Shown: piece after piece, positions 47,035 through 56,209 of the stretch | How the letters are laid out: every line of letters begins with the position of its first letter | How positions within the stretch are numbered: position 1 is the first letter of the stretch | Origin: Alphaproteobacteria bacterium | GTDB lineage: Bacteria > Pseudomonadota > Alphaproteobacteria > Rs-D84 | NCBI GenBank assembly: GCA_015062545.1 | Contig: SUUL01000002.1 | Coordinates: 19,175-83,174 of the forward strand | Direction: 5' to 3' | DNA length: 64,000 bases | Made by a program: the position numbers and the translations under genes | Notes under the pieces: generated by a model | Databases searched by the model: none | What the model saw: only the letters and a program-made list of their open reading frames with translations | What the model was told of the DNA's origin: nothing

Positions 47035-47087
47035 GCTATATATTATATCACAAACAGGCCACTAAAAAAACAATTTATATTCATAAA

Positions 47088-47113
47088 ATAAAAATGCCCG
47101 AATGGGCATTTTT
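47088..47113 (-). terminator. Terminator after the SIMPL gene
   Basis: AAAATGCCC-GAAT-GGGCATTTT. Confidence 0.7.
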
Positions 47114-47115
47114 AC

Positions 47116-47862
47116 TTATTTCAAATAGAACGTTATTGTCGCAACCACGCGAACTTTCTTGTTTATTGCCTGACGTTCATTGGATGACCATGAATCCGTT
47201 GGATCGCGCGATTCAATACTGAAAACACCTTGATTTGCACTTTTTATCTTGCCCAGACGCGCATCCGCATCCTTGGCAAATTGTTCACCGGCGGCGGTGG
47301 CGTTCTTGGTCGCCTGCTCTATCATAGAAATTTTGATGTCATTTAATCCGTTAAAGATATAAATTGGGCCAGCATAATCTTCGGTAATAGTTATACCACG
47401 GCGCACCAATTCACCCATACGGCGCGATACAGCATCAACCAACATCACATTGTTTGAACGAACCATCACACCTGTTTCAATAACATAACGACCATCATTG
47501 TTCTGATTCTTTAATTCCGCATCAGAATACCCAGCGTATTTATCACGAACCTGAACACGCAAATTCTGAATATCAGATGGCGCAAAGCCCGCATCTGTTA
47601 AAAATGTATGAATTTCTGTGATATCTGAATCAACCTGCGCCTGCAGGGCCGCCAAATCACCACCAACATCATTTATCTTGATATTCCATACCGCAGTATC
47701 TGCAACAACATCACGTTCCGCCAACCCCTTGACCGTAACGGTACGACCAGACATCGCACGATATATGCCATTACCAATAAAATAACCACCCAAGGCAATC
47801 CCCAGTGATAACACAATAACCCAAATACCAGATAATGATTTTACTTTATTTGAAACTTTCAT
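47116..47862 (-). CDS. SIMPL/DUF541 periplasmic protein (BP26-like)
   Basis: 248 aa. N-terminal anchor; overall pattern RTVTVKGLAE...VWNIKI...ATITFYLK is typical of SIMPL. Confidence 0.7.
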   Translation of the reverse strand: MKVSNKVKSLSGIWVIVLSLGIALGGYFIGNGIYRAMSGRTVTVKGLAERDVVADTAVWNIKINDVGGDLAALQAQVDSDITEIHTFLTDAGFAPSDIQNLRVQVRDKYAGYSDAELKNQNNDGRYVIETGVMVRSNNVMLVDAVSRRMGELVRRGITITEDYAGPIYIFNGLNDIKISMIEQATKNATAAGEQFAKDADARLGKIKSANQGVFSIESRDPTDSWSSNERQAINKKVRVVATITFYLK

Positions 47863-47917
47863 GATTCTTCCCCCTGATGAGAATCATCATAAAACAAAAC
47901 ATATAAGAATGTCAAAG

Positions 47918-48598
47918 TTAAATATCGCGAACTATTTCCTGAATAACCCAATTCGCCAAAATAAGTCCAAAAGTACCAGTCACCGTTATCACAGATCCCA
48001 GATTCTTGGCGTGCCCAATAACCGGCGCAGGTTTTTCCGCAGAATATACAACAGGAAAATCTGGCAAATCGGTATCACGCACCATTTTGCGTACACGTGA
48101 TGCCAATGGACATACAGTCGTATGGGATATTGGTGCAATCTTTATTTTGGTCGGGTCGGTCTTGGATGCGGCACCCATAGATGATATAAATGGAATATTG
48201 TGTTTATATGCCCATTTGTACAATGCAACCTTGGATTCAACTGTATCAATCGCATCAATGATAATATCGGGCATGATGTCTAAAACAGTCTTGTCATCAA
48301 AAAATACATTTAATGTATCAACGCACGTGTCAGGATTAATATCACGGATACGGGTTGCCGCAACTTCTACCTTGGGCAAGCCAACTGTTGATTCCAATGC
48401 AAACAGCTGTCTGTTTATATTTGTACGTTCAACCGTATCAAAATCCACCACAACCAGATGCCCAACGCCAGAACGCGCAAGCGCCTCGATTGCGAAAGAG
48501 CCAACCGCCCCACAGCCAACAACCATAACCGTTGCCTGTTGCAATTTCTGGGTGCCAATGTCGCCAAATAATAAACGTGTTCTGTGTAATCTATCCAT
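47918..48598 (-). CDS. tcdA: tRNA threonylcarbamoyladenosine dehydratase (ThiF/E1-like)
   Basis: VMVVGCGAVGSFAIEALARSGVGHLVVVDFDTVERTNINRQ. Confidence 0.8.
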   Translation of the reverse strand: MDRLHRTRLLFGDIGTQKLQQATVMVVGCGAVGSFAIEALARSGVGHLVVVDFDTVERTNINRQLFALESTVGLPKVEVAATRIRDINPDTCVDTLNVFFDDKTVLDIMPDIIIDAIDTVESKVALYKWAYKHNIPFISSMGAASKTDPTKIKIAPISHTTVCPLASRVRKMVRDTDLPDFPVVYSAEKPAPVIGHAKNLGSVITVTGTFGLILANWVIQEIVRDI

Positions 48599-49259
48599 GT
48601 TTCAACATCCGCATTGTGTTATCGTATATTATATCTGCCATTTCTGTGCGGTCAACACTCAATATATCTGCGATTGCATTTACCACGTCCACAATATTTG
48701 ATGGGTCGGTTGAATCTGTTTCTGCCAATATTCTGTTACGCGGCGTTTCCAATATGCGTGCCGGATTTGCAATCTCACGCGGGCCATAAGAAAAATACAT
48801 ATTATAAGAATCTGCAAATTTTTGTATCTGATTTATCGGGCCATTGTATCCATGTGCCAGAATAAATTGCGGCAACTTGTTCTGGGACATCTTTAGTATA
48901 TGCGCAATATGTTCCCATGCACCAACACAATGAATTGACACGCCACGTCCCAATTCATGCGCCAATAATAACTGCCCCTTGAAGACAGATATTTGCAAAT
49001 CCATATCTGGTTTATGTTTATCCAGTCCGATTTCGCCAACCATTAAATCTGGATTATCAATCAATGTTTTGCGTAATTGTTGCAGCCAATCTGTCGGCAG
49101 GCCACTTATATACCATGGATGAACACCAACCGCACCAAAAACACCATCGACCGCCAAGTCCATTACCCTGCCCCAGTCTGTAATCTGGGCTGCATTAACA
49201 ATCGCCCCAACAGTTGGAGCGGCTTTGGCATGACAATGGGCATCAATATATTTCGGCAT
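48591..49259 (-). CDS. TatD family hydrolase
   Basis: Start trimmed to MPKYIDAHCH. GEIGLD, SIHC, ETD motifs. Confidence 0.8.
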   Translation of the reverse strand: MPKYIDAHCHAKAAPTVGAIVNAAQITDWGRVMDLAVDGVFGAVGVHPWYISGLPTDWLQQLRKTLIDNPDLMVGEIGLDKHKPDMDLQISVFKGQLLLAHELGRGVSIHCVGAWEHIAHILKMSQNKLPQFILAHGYNGPINQIQKFADSYNMYFSYGPREIANPARILETPRNRILAETDSTDPSNIVDVVNAIADILSVDRTEMADIIYDNTMRMLKHG

Positions 49260-49296
49260 AGTATTTTTAAGAACCCGCATTTGCGGGTTCGTATTA

Positions 49297-50103
49297 TTAA
49301 TCCAAGTTCTTTAATAAAATATCTTTCATTTCGTTTGGCATCATGCCAGTTGTGGAATAACCACAATCAACATGATGTGTTTCACCGGTAACACCACTGG
49401 ACAGATCGCTGAACAGATACATTGCCGCCCCAGACACATCATCCAAAGTCATATTACGGCGCAACGGGGTTGTTTCTGCGTTCAGGCGCAACATTGCCTT
49501 GAAACCGCCAACACCACTGGATGCCAAGGTCATGATTGGGCCTGCGCTTATCGCGTTTACGCGAATTCCATCACGCCCCAAGTCAGATGCCAGATAGCGA
49601 ACACTGCTGTCCAAGGCGGATTTGGCAACACCCATTACGTTATAATTTGGAACAGATTTTTCACCACCAAAATATGTCAATGTTACAATAGATCCGCCAT
49701 TTGTCATCAATTTAGATGCGCGGCGCGTCAAATCAACCAAAGAATATACCGAAATATCCATCGTATTCTTGAAATTGTCACGGGTTGTATCTGCATAACG
49801 ACCGGTTAATTCGTTCTTGTCAGAAAATGCAATCGCGTGCAACATGCCGTCCAGATGCCCCCATTCTGATTCAATCGCGTTAAACAAAGAATCAAGCTGT
49901 TCATCATTTTGGACATTACATTCCTGAACAAATTTTGCACCAATGGATTCTGCCAATGGACGCACACGCTTTTCCAATGCGGGCATCGCGTATGGCATCG
50001 CAATTTCAGCCCCCATTTCATGCGCACGCTTGGCAATCGCCCACGCCATAGACCAGTCGTTGGCAACACCAGTAATTAAAATCTTTTTTCCCTTTAATAA
50101 CAT
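49297..50103 (-). CDS. fabI: Enoyl-ACP reductase (NADH)
   Basis: Start trimmed to MLLKGKKILITGVAN. Y-x6-K region MGVAKSALDSSVRYLA. Confidence 0.92.
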   Translation of the reverse strand: MLLKGKKILITGVANDWSMAWAIAKRAHEMGAEIAMPYAMPALEKRVRPLAESIGAKFVQECNVQNDEQLDSLFNAIESEWGHLDGMLHAIAFSDKNELTGRYADTTRDNFKNTMDISVYSLVDLTRRASKLMTNGGSIVTLTYFGGEKSVPNYNVMGVAKSALDSSVRYLASDLGRDGIRVNAISAGPIMTLASSGVGGFKAMLRLNAETTPLRRNMTLDDVSGAAMYLFSDLSSGVTGETHHVDCGYSTTGMMPNEMKDILLKNLD

Positions 50104-50152
50104 TTTGTATTCCTTTGTTGTTATCTTTATTGGACATGTAAAATATATCACT

Positions 50153-50185
50153 AAAAAAAACACCCCGCAATAATTATTGCGGGGT
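50153..50185 (-). terminator. Terminator after ugd
   Basis: CCCCGCAAT-AATT-ATTGCGGGG with A8 on the plus strand (U-run on the minus strand). Confidence 0.75.
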
Positions 50186-50199
50186 TGGTGTATTATTAC

Positions 50200-51504
50200 C
50201 TATTTCCGACCAATACAAGAATACTTGAACCCGTGAGATTCCGCATCATCTGGATTCAGCAAATTACGACAATCAACAATCACCTTGTGGCGCATCAGTT
50301 CAGATGTGCGCGCCAAGTCCAATGTACGAAAATCATCCCATTCGGTTAAAATCGCCAAAACGTCCGCACCAGATACCGCAGAATACATATCAGGCGCATA
50401 TTTGATTGCCCCCGCCGGCAAAACCTTTTGCGCAGTTTCCATTGCCTGGGGATCATACGCAGTAATCTGAACGTTGTGTGGCAATAAATCGTTTATTATT
50501 TCAATCGCAGGACTTTCACGACAATCGTCTGTGCCATTTTTGAACGCCAATCCCAACACCGCAATTCGTGGATTTTCAATGCCAGATACTGCATCCAAAA
50601 TACGATTTGCCATCATGGTTTTCCGTGCACGATTTCCACGGATTGCCGCCTTTATCAATGTCATATCAACACCGTTTTCATCCGCCATATATGCCATGGC
50701 AGATGTGTCTTTTGGAAAACACGAACCGCCGTACCCCGGCCCTGCATTCAAAAAGCGATTTCCAATACGTGTGTCCAGTCCCATACCGCGGGAAACCTCG
50801 TTAATATCCGCGCCGGTGGCTTCGCAGAAATTTGCCATTTCATTGATATAGTGAATCTTTATCGCCAAAAATGCATTTGATGCGTATTTAATTGTTTCAG
50901 AAGAACGGCGATTTACGAATAATATTTGGCTTTTGTCAGCAAACGGCGCATATAATTCGCGCAAAACATTACGTGCGCGTTCTGTGTTCGCGCCGACAAT
51001 AATTCTGTCTGGGTTAAAGAAGTCATATACCGCAAAACCTTCGCGCAGGAATTCAGGCAACGATACAACATCAAAATCTGCGGTCGGGTTTTGTGTGCGG
51101 ATAATGTCTTCTATTTTATCCCCTGTTCCAACCGGCACAGTAGATTTTGTCGCAATAACAGTATATCCTGTCAGATATTGAGCCAATTCCGTGGCCGCCG
51201 CATTGATATATTTCATGTCTGCCGCACCTGTTTCAGGGTGTGGCGGTGTACCAACCGCCAGAATAACAATATCCGCATCAGAGACACCTTCTGCCATTGA
51301 TGTAGTAAAAATAATACGCCCCGCTGCAATATTCTTTTGCAACAATTCGTCCAATCCATCTTCAAACAATGTTACATGCCCAGCACGCAACATATCAATT
51401 TTTGATTTATCATAATCAATACATGTCACCTGATTGCCCAATTCGGCAAATCCAACACCCGTTGGTAACCCAACATACCCCGTTCCAATAATTGCAATTT
51501 TCAT
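50200..51504 (-). CDS. ugd: UDP-glucose 6-dehydrogenase
   Basis: MKIAIIGTGYVGL and GGSCFPKD catalytic Cys motif. Confidence 0.93.
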   Translation of the reverse strand: MKIAIIGTGYVGLPTGVGFAELGNQVTCIDYDKSKIDMLRAGHVTLFEDGLDELLQKNIAAGRIIFTTSMAEGVSDADIVILAVGTPPHPETGAADMKYINAAATELAQYLTGYTVIATKSTVPVGTGDKIEDIIRTQNPTADFDVVSLPEFLREGFAVYDFFNPDRIIVGANTERARNVLRELYAPFADKSQILFVNRRSSETIKYASNAFLAIKIHYINEMANFCEATGADINEVSRGMGLDTRIGNRFLNAGPGYGGSCFPKDTSAMAYMADENGVDMTLIKAAIRGNRARKTMMANRILDAVSGIENPRIAVLGLAFKNGTDDCRESPAIEIINDLLPHNVQITAYDPQAMETAQKVLPAGAIKYAPDMYSAVSGADVLAILTEWDDFRTLDLARTSELMRHKVIVDCRNLLNPDDAESHGFKYSCIGRK

Positions 51505-51507
51505 TGA

Positions 51508-53277
51508 CTACCCCTGTTTCTTGAATTGCATATCGTATAAAGATTTATACGCCCCATTTTCAATCGAAATCAGTTCATCATGCGTACCACTTTCCACAAT
51601 TTCACCGTGGTTGACAACAACAATCTTGGCCGCGTTGCGAATTGTGGATAATCTGTGCGCAATTACAAAAACCGTCTTGTCCTGCATCAGATTTTCAATA
51701 GCGCGTTGAACAACGGCTTCGGATTTGTTATCAAGCGCGGATGTTGCCTCGTCCAGAATCAAGATAGGGGAATCTTTCAAGAAAGCACGCGCAATCGCAA
51801 TACGCTGTTTCTGACCACCAGACAGCAAGATACCACGTTCACCAATCTGGGTATCAACCCCGTCTTTTAGTCCCGCAATAAAGTCCGTCAGGCACGCCAT
51901 ATCTATTGCTGTCTGCAGTTGTTCTGGGGTTGCATTTTGATTGCCCAGCATAATATTTTCACGAATTGTGCCTGCAAACAAGAAATTATCCTGGAAAACG
52001 ACCGCAATATTTTCGCGCAACGAATGCAATGTAAAATCACGAATGTCCGTACCATCAACATATATACCACCGCTGGTCACGTCATAAAAACGCGGCAGAA
52101 GGCTTACCAATGTGGTCTTGCCACCCCCGGAATTACCGACCAGCGCAATCGTTTGTCCCTGCTGTACCGTCAAGTTAATATTTTGCAACACTGGACGACC
52201 TTTGATATATTCAAACGACAGGTTGCGAAACTCTATGGTCTTGTGTTCACGTGGCATTGGGCGCGCATCAGGTCTGTCCATAATTGCAGGACAACTGTCC
52301 AAAATAGCCGCAACACGTTCAATCGCCATAAATGACATTAACACAGAATTATAATTGGAACCGATACTTTTCATCGGGGTGTATAACATTATCAATGCAG
52401 TCAAGAAAGATACAAAACCACCACTGGTAATCGTGCCACGTAAAATTAAATATGACCCGTACCATATCGCAACACCAATACCGACAGACAAAATAACGTG
52501 CATCACAGGTGTCAGCCAACGCGTGCGTTGCATCATTTTAATACGCAATTTGAAAACGTTGTCCAATACTGTGTTGAACTTGTTCTTTTGATAATCTGTT
52601 AAATTATAAGATGTAATTGTGCGATTGCCTGCATAAGATTCATTGTACACCGTTATCAAGGTCGAGTCTGCCATAATAGACTTGCTCATCACAGATTGGA
52701 TACGTTTCTTTAATGACATCATGGGCAAAAATGCACCGATTAAGATTGCCGTACAGACCAATGCCAACTGCCAAGAATTATAAAACAACACAAATATCAA
52801 AGATATTGCCGTAAAGAATTTTTGAACAAAATTCTTGAGGTTAGTCAACAAACCCGCGCATGCCATGTCCGCATTGTTATTAAACATAAATATAACATCC
52901 CCAGAATTTTTCTTGTTAAAGAATTCAGTTTCAAAACACAGCATCTTCTTGTACAGGTCAAGTTTCAACAGATTTGTTATTTTCGTACCAACCCATGTGT
53001 TCAGGTAATTCGCACCATACGTCAATCCGCCTTGAACCGTTGTAAAAAGAACAATAACGATTGGAATATACCATGCCGCCTGCAAGGACTTGTCAATCAT
53101 GACATAGTCCATATATGGCTTTAATGACATTGCGATAACACCGTCCAACATACCGATTGGGGCCGCCATCAGAACAGATAATAATGCACGAAACCAGTAC
53201 GGTTTAACATACGGCCACATACGGCGATAGTTTTGAATAAATGAATTATTTAAGATAATTTCTGCTTTCTTGGCCAT
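51508..53277 (-). CDS. ABC exporter, fused permease/ATPase (MsbA-like)
   Basis: 589 aa. Six TM spans, GNSGGGKTT Walker A, LSGGQKQR signature, ILILDEATSALD. Confidence 0.9.
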   Translation of the reverse strand: MAKKAEIILNNSFIQNYRRMWPYVKPYWFRALLSVLMAAPIGMLDGVIAMSLKPYMDYVMIDKSLQAAWYIPIVIVLFTTVQGGLTYGANYLNTWVGTKITNLLKLDLYKKMLCFETEFFNKKNSGDVIFMFNNNADMACAGLLTNLKNFVQKFFTAISLIFVLFYNSWQLALVCTAILIGAFLPMMSLKKRIQSVMSKSIMADSTLITVYNESYAGNRTITSYNLTDYQKNKFNTVLDNVFKLRIKMMQRTRWLTPVMHVILSVGIGVAIWYGSYLILRGTITSGGFVSFLTALIMLYTPMKSIGSNYNSVLMSFMAIERVAAILDSCPAIMDRPDARPMPREHKTIEFRNLSFEYIKGRPVLQNINLTVQQGQTIALVGNSGGGKTTLVSLLPRFYDVTSGGIYVDGTDIRDFTLHSLRENIAVVFQDNFLFAGTIRENIMLGNQNATPEQLQTAIDMACLTDFIAGLKDGVDTQIGERGILLSGGQKQRIAIARAFLKDSPILILDEATSALDNKSEAVVQRAIENLMQDKTVFVIAHRLSTIRNAAKIVVVNHGEIVESGTHDELISIENGAYKSLYDMQFKKQG

Positions 53278-53930
53278 TATTTTGCCTGCTTGGGTTCTGA
53301 TTTAGTATTATATGGATTTTCAACATGTCCGCCCCACATTTTCTGTTGAATCCATAAACTGATTTTACGTTTTGTCTGCTGACCGACCAACTTGTCTAAA
53401 TATATTTGGCGTACTGCCGCGCCCAACGTACGAACGTCAACATCGCTGATATATGGCTTGGCAACCTCAAATCTGATATTTATATGATTGTCTTGCATTA
53501 TCTTGGCGGGAATCATTACCGTGTATTCACTGCGCCGCCCCATACACCAATCTGCAATCTGAACATCATTGGCATAGACGGTTATTTTTTGACAGCCATC
53601 TTCGGGGTCATATACACCGGATGCCTCTATCCCAAAGCGGAAGTCAGCCCCCGCCCCGTCTGGAATAAACAATTTCAATTCCGCGGTTTTCGCAGTAATA
53701 CATCTGTGCTTGGGTTCTTGGCCGCCCCATCTGCCATCAGCGGGCGCAAAGTTCAGACTGTTGCCCGTCTGCGAGAAATCGATAACTTCACCAGGCGTAT
53801 ATACCACGTATCCTTCTGGCACAGATGACGGATCATATACACTTGGATTTGGGCGCAACACCACAAATGCCACAGTGACAACCAGTATTATTACAGATAT
53901 AAATAAAATGATTTTTGTTTTTTTATGCAT
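53277..53930 (-). CDS. Hypothetical N-terminally anchored protein, translationally coupled to the ABC exporter
   Basis: 217 aa. One TM span, then a beta-rich domain. Its stop overlaps the exporter start codon. Confidence 0.6.
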   Translation of the reverse strand: MHKKTKIILFISVIILVVTVAFVVLRPNPSVYDPSSVPEGYVVYTPGEVIDFSQTGNSLNFAPADGRWGGQEPKHRCITAKTAELKLFIPDGAGADFRFGIEASGVYDPEDGCQKITVYANDVQIADWCMGRRSEYTVMIPAKIMQDNHINIRFEVAKPYISDVDVRTLGAAVRQIYLDKLVGQQTKRKISLWIQQKMWGGHVENPYNTKSEPKQAK

Positions 53931-54078
53931 CTTGTCCCCGTTAAAATCTGAAAATTTTATACAAAATCAAATATGACAATAAAACCAATAGGAATTTTAT
54001 CGCATTTTTATTTATACTCCGTTTTTTTTAACTACGACTACACCCTAGCAATTATATTGATGACAGTCAACATTTATA

Positions 54079-54107
54079 TTGATTTTTTTATGTTTTTATG
54101 GTATAAT
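54079..54107 (+). promoter_or_regulatory. Strong sigma-70 promoter with extended -10
   Basis: TTGATT-17 nt (ending TGG)-TATAAT. Confidence 0.6.
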
Positions 54108-54147
54108 TTAGTGTGAATTGGCAGGCATTTCGTCTGTCTTTTTTATT

Positions 54148-54179
54148 GCCCCGATATGTTCGGGGCTTTCTTTCGTTTT
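54148..54179 (+). promoter_or_regulatory. Terminator-like hairpin inside the leader of the tail-fibre-like gene
   Basis: GCCCCGA-TATGT-TCGGGGC followed by TTTCTTTCGTTTT, ending 24 nt before the start codon. Confidence 0.45.
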
Positions 54180-54202
54180 ATATAAAACCAAAAGGAAAAA
54201 AC

Positions 54203-55015
54203 ATGAATAAAATTACTTATTTTGGCGATGGGCAAAGTATGGATTTTGCGTTTTCATTTAATTTCTTTCAAACGTCAGATATTTATGTTAAAATAAACGG
54301 AACACCGCAAACGTCCGGATACACATTGACGTGTATTAACAGCACAACACCTGCAGATATACCATACGTTGGGGGAACTATTTCTTTTAACACGCCACCT
54401 AAATCAACAGATATAATAACAATATATCGTAAAATAGAATTAACGCGTGTCGTGGATTATCAACAAACAGAAAAAATAAACCCAGAAACACTTAATCAAG
54501 ATTTTAATTATCTGATGGAGGTTATCAAAGATTGCGACTGTGCAATCAATGATTTTACAGAAAAATATGCTGATTTATGCAAATTGCCACAGGTATCACA
54601 AATAAATGAAAAACTGAACAAAGTGCAATCAAGCTTGGATAATTGCGCACAAAAAACAGATATAAACGCACTGCAAGACGCGACTGGTTTTACCAACAAA
54701 GGCACAACGGCCATTGCAAATATGGCAATGCCATCTAATCAATATACGGAATTGACACTGGGTGCAGACGGCACAACATATACCGCACCAGCAGATGGAT
54801 ATTTTTATATCGCAAAAATATCCACCGCAGCCGGTCAACGTATCGGATTATTAGAACCTTCGGGTGGGCCAGGCACGATGATTTATTCAACAGATACAGG
54901 TCAAACACTGATGGTGTTTTTGCCTGCACGAAAAAATCAAACTGTCCAACTAAGATATACGTTGGGTGGCACAACAAATGTCTTCAAGTTTATATACGCC
55001 AATGGTGCAAAATAA
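54203..55015 (+). CDS. Phage T7-type tail-fibre-like protein (N-terminal adaptor domain, coiled coil, beta-rich tip)
   Basis: Start trimmed to MNKITYFGDGQSMDFAFSFNFF after RBS AAAGGAAAAA. ...ITIYRKIELTRVVDYQQTEKINPETLNQDFNYLMEVIKD follows the tail-fibre N-domain pattern. Confidence 0.6.
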   Translation: MNKITYFGDGQSMDFAFSFNFFQTSDIYVKINGTPQTSGYTLTCINSTTPADIPYVGGTISFNTPPKSTDIITIYRKIELTRVVDYQQTEKINPETLNQDFNYLMEVIKDCDCAINDFTEKYADLCKLPQVSQINEKLNKVQSSLDNCAQKTDINALQDATGFTNKGTTAIANMAMPSNQYTELTLGADGTTYTAPADGYFYIAKISTAAGQRIGLLEPSGGPGTMIYSTDTGQTLMVFLPARKNQTVQLRYTLGGTTNVFKFIYANGAK

Positions 55016-55033
55016 CAAAAAAAGGAAATTAAA

Positions 55034-55219
55034 ATGTTTTTAGGAATACAAGATGGACTTATTGCTGTGGTCGCACAAACACGCGCAGAAATAGAAAACA
55101 TGCCCTGTATGATTTTTACAGAAATCATAGAAACTAACCAACCTGTCGAAATGGTAAATTGTAAATACTATGTAGGAACAAATAATATTCAAGATGCAAA
55201 AATGGGGCTGACTGAATAA
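55034..55219 (+). CDS. Small hypothetical protein downstream of the tail-fibre-like gene
   Basis: 61 aa, RBS AAAAGGAAA, 18 nt after the preceding stop. Confidence 0.45.
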   Translation: MFLGIQDGLIAVVAQTRAEIENMPCMIFTEIIETNQPVEMVNCKYYVGTNNIQDAKMGLTE

Positions 55220-55246
55220 AAATCCCCCATTTTTGGGGGATTTTTA
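55218..55246. terminator. Bidirectional terminator
   Basis: AAAATCCCCC-ATTTTT-GGGGGATTTT. Confidence 0.7.
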
Positions 55247-55247
55247 T

Positions 55248-56201
55248 TCACCGTTTGGAATTAAACCAGTCAACGAATGTCGCAATACCTGTTTGGAAAT
55301 TCGTATTTGGGTTGTATCCAAGTAATTTATGAGCCTTGGACCAATCGCACACCGTTTTATCAACGTCACCAGGCTGCATCGGCATTTGTTCAATAATTGC
55401 ATCAGTGCCGATCGTCTGTTCAATGGTGTGAATCATATCACGTAATGTAATTGGTTCGCCGCCCCCCAGATTTATTATCTCAAATCCTGTTTTATCGTAA
55501 TCAATCGCTGCACAAATTCCAGACAATATATCCGATATGAACGTATAATCACGCTTGGTAGAGCCATCGCCATACATATGAATCGCCTGATGATTTTTTA
55601 TCATCTTGGCAAATTTATGTATCGCTAAATCCGGTCTTTGGCGCGGCCCATATACTGTAAAGAAACGTAATGCAACAACTGATATGCCGTACAAGTGATG
55701 CCACGTGTATAATAATTGCTCGCATGCAGATTTTGTTGCCGCATATGGCGATATAGGTTCTGTGACTTTCAAATCTTCACTAAAAATATCTTCGGGACAA
55801 TTACCATACACTGACGAAGATGATGCAAACACAATCTTGTTAATATTCTTTGCACGCATACATTCCAGGATATTTACAGTTCCCATAATGTTTGTCTTGA
55901 CATATTCTATGGGCTTTTCCAAAGAAGGACGAACGCCCGCACGTGCCGCCAAATGTACAACAACATCGATGTTATTTTCATTAAAGATGTGCTGTAAAGA
56001 TTCTAAATCTTCAATATCTGTACGATACAGTTTATAGCGTGAATTGCCCAAATTGTGCGCAACATTGTTTTCTTTTATTGAAACATCGTAATAATCATTA
56101 AAATTATCTACAACGATAACCGTATGATTTTCTGATAATAATTTATCCGCCAATGACGATCCGATAAATCCAGCCCCACCAGTAATTAAAATATTCATCA
56201 T
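55248..56201 (-). CDS. NAD-dependent nucleotide-sugar epimerase (UDP-glucuronate 4-epimerase-like)
   Basis: ILITGGAGFIGSSL; SSSSVYG; YAATK (Y-x3-K). Confidence 0.85.
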   Translation of the reverse strand: MMNILITGGAGFIGSSLADKLLSENHTVIVVDNFNDYYDVSIKENNVAHNLGNSRYKLYRTDIEDLESLQHIFNENNIDVVVHLAARAGVRPSLEKPIEYVKTNIMGTVNILECMRAKNINKIVFASSSSVYGNCPEDIFSEDLKVTEPISPYAATKSACEQLLYTWHHLYGISVVALRFFTVYGPRQRPDLAIHKFAKMIKNHQAIHMYGDGSTKRDYTFISDILSGICAAIDYDKTGFEIINLGGGEPITLRDMIHTIEQTIGTDAIIEQMPMQPGDVDKTVCDWSKAHKLLGYNPNTNFQTGIATFVDWFNSKR

Positions 56202-56209
56202 GTCCCCCT

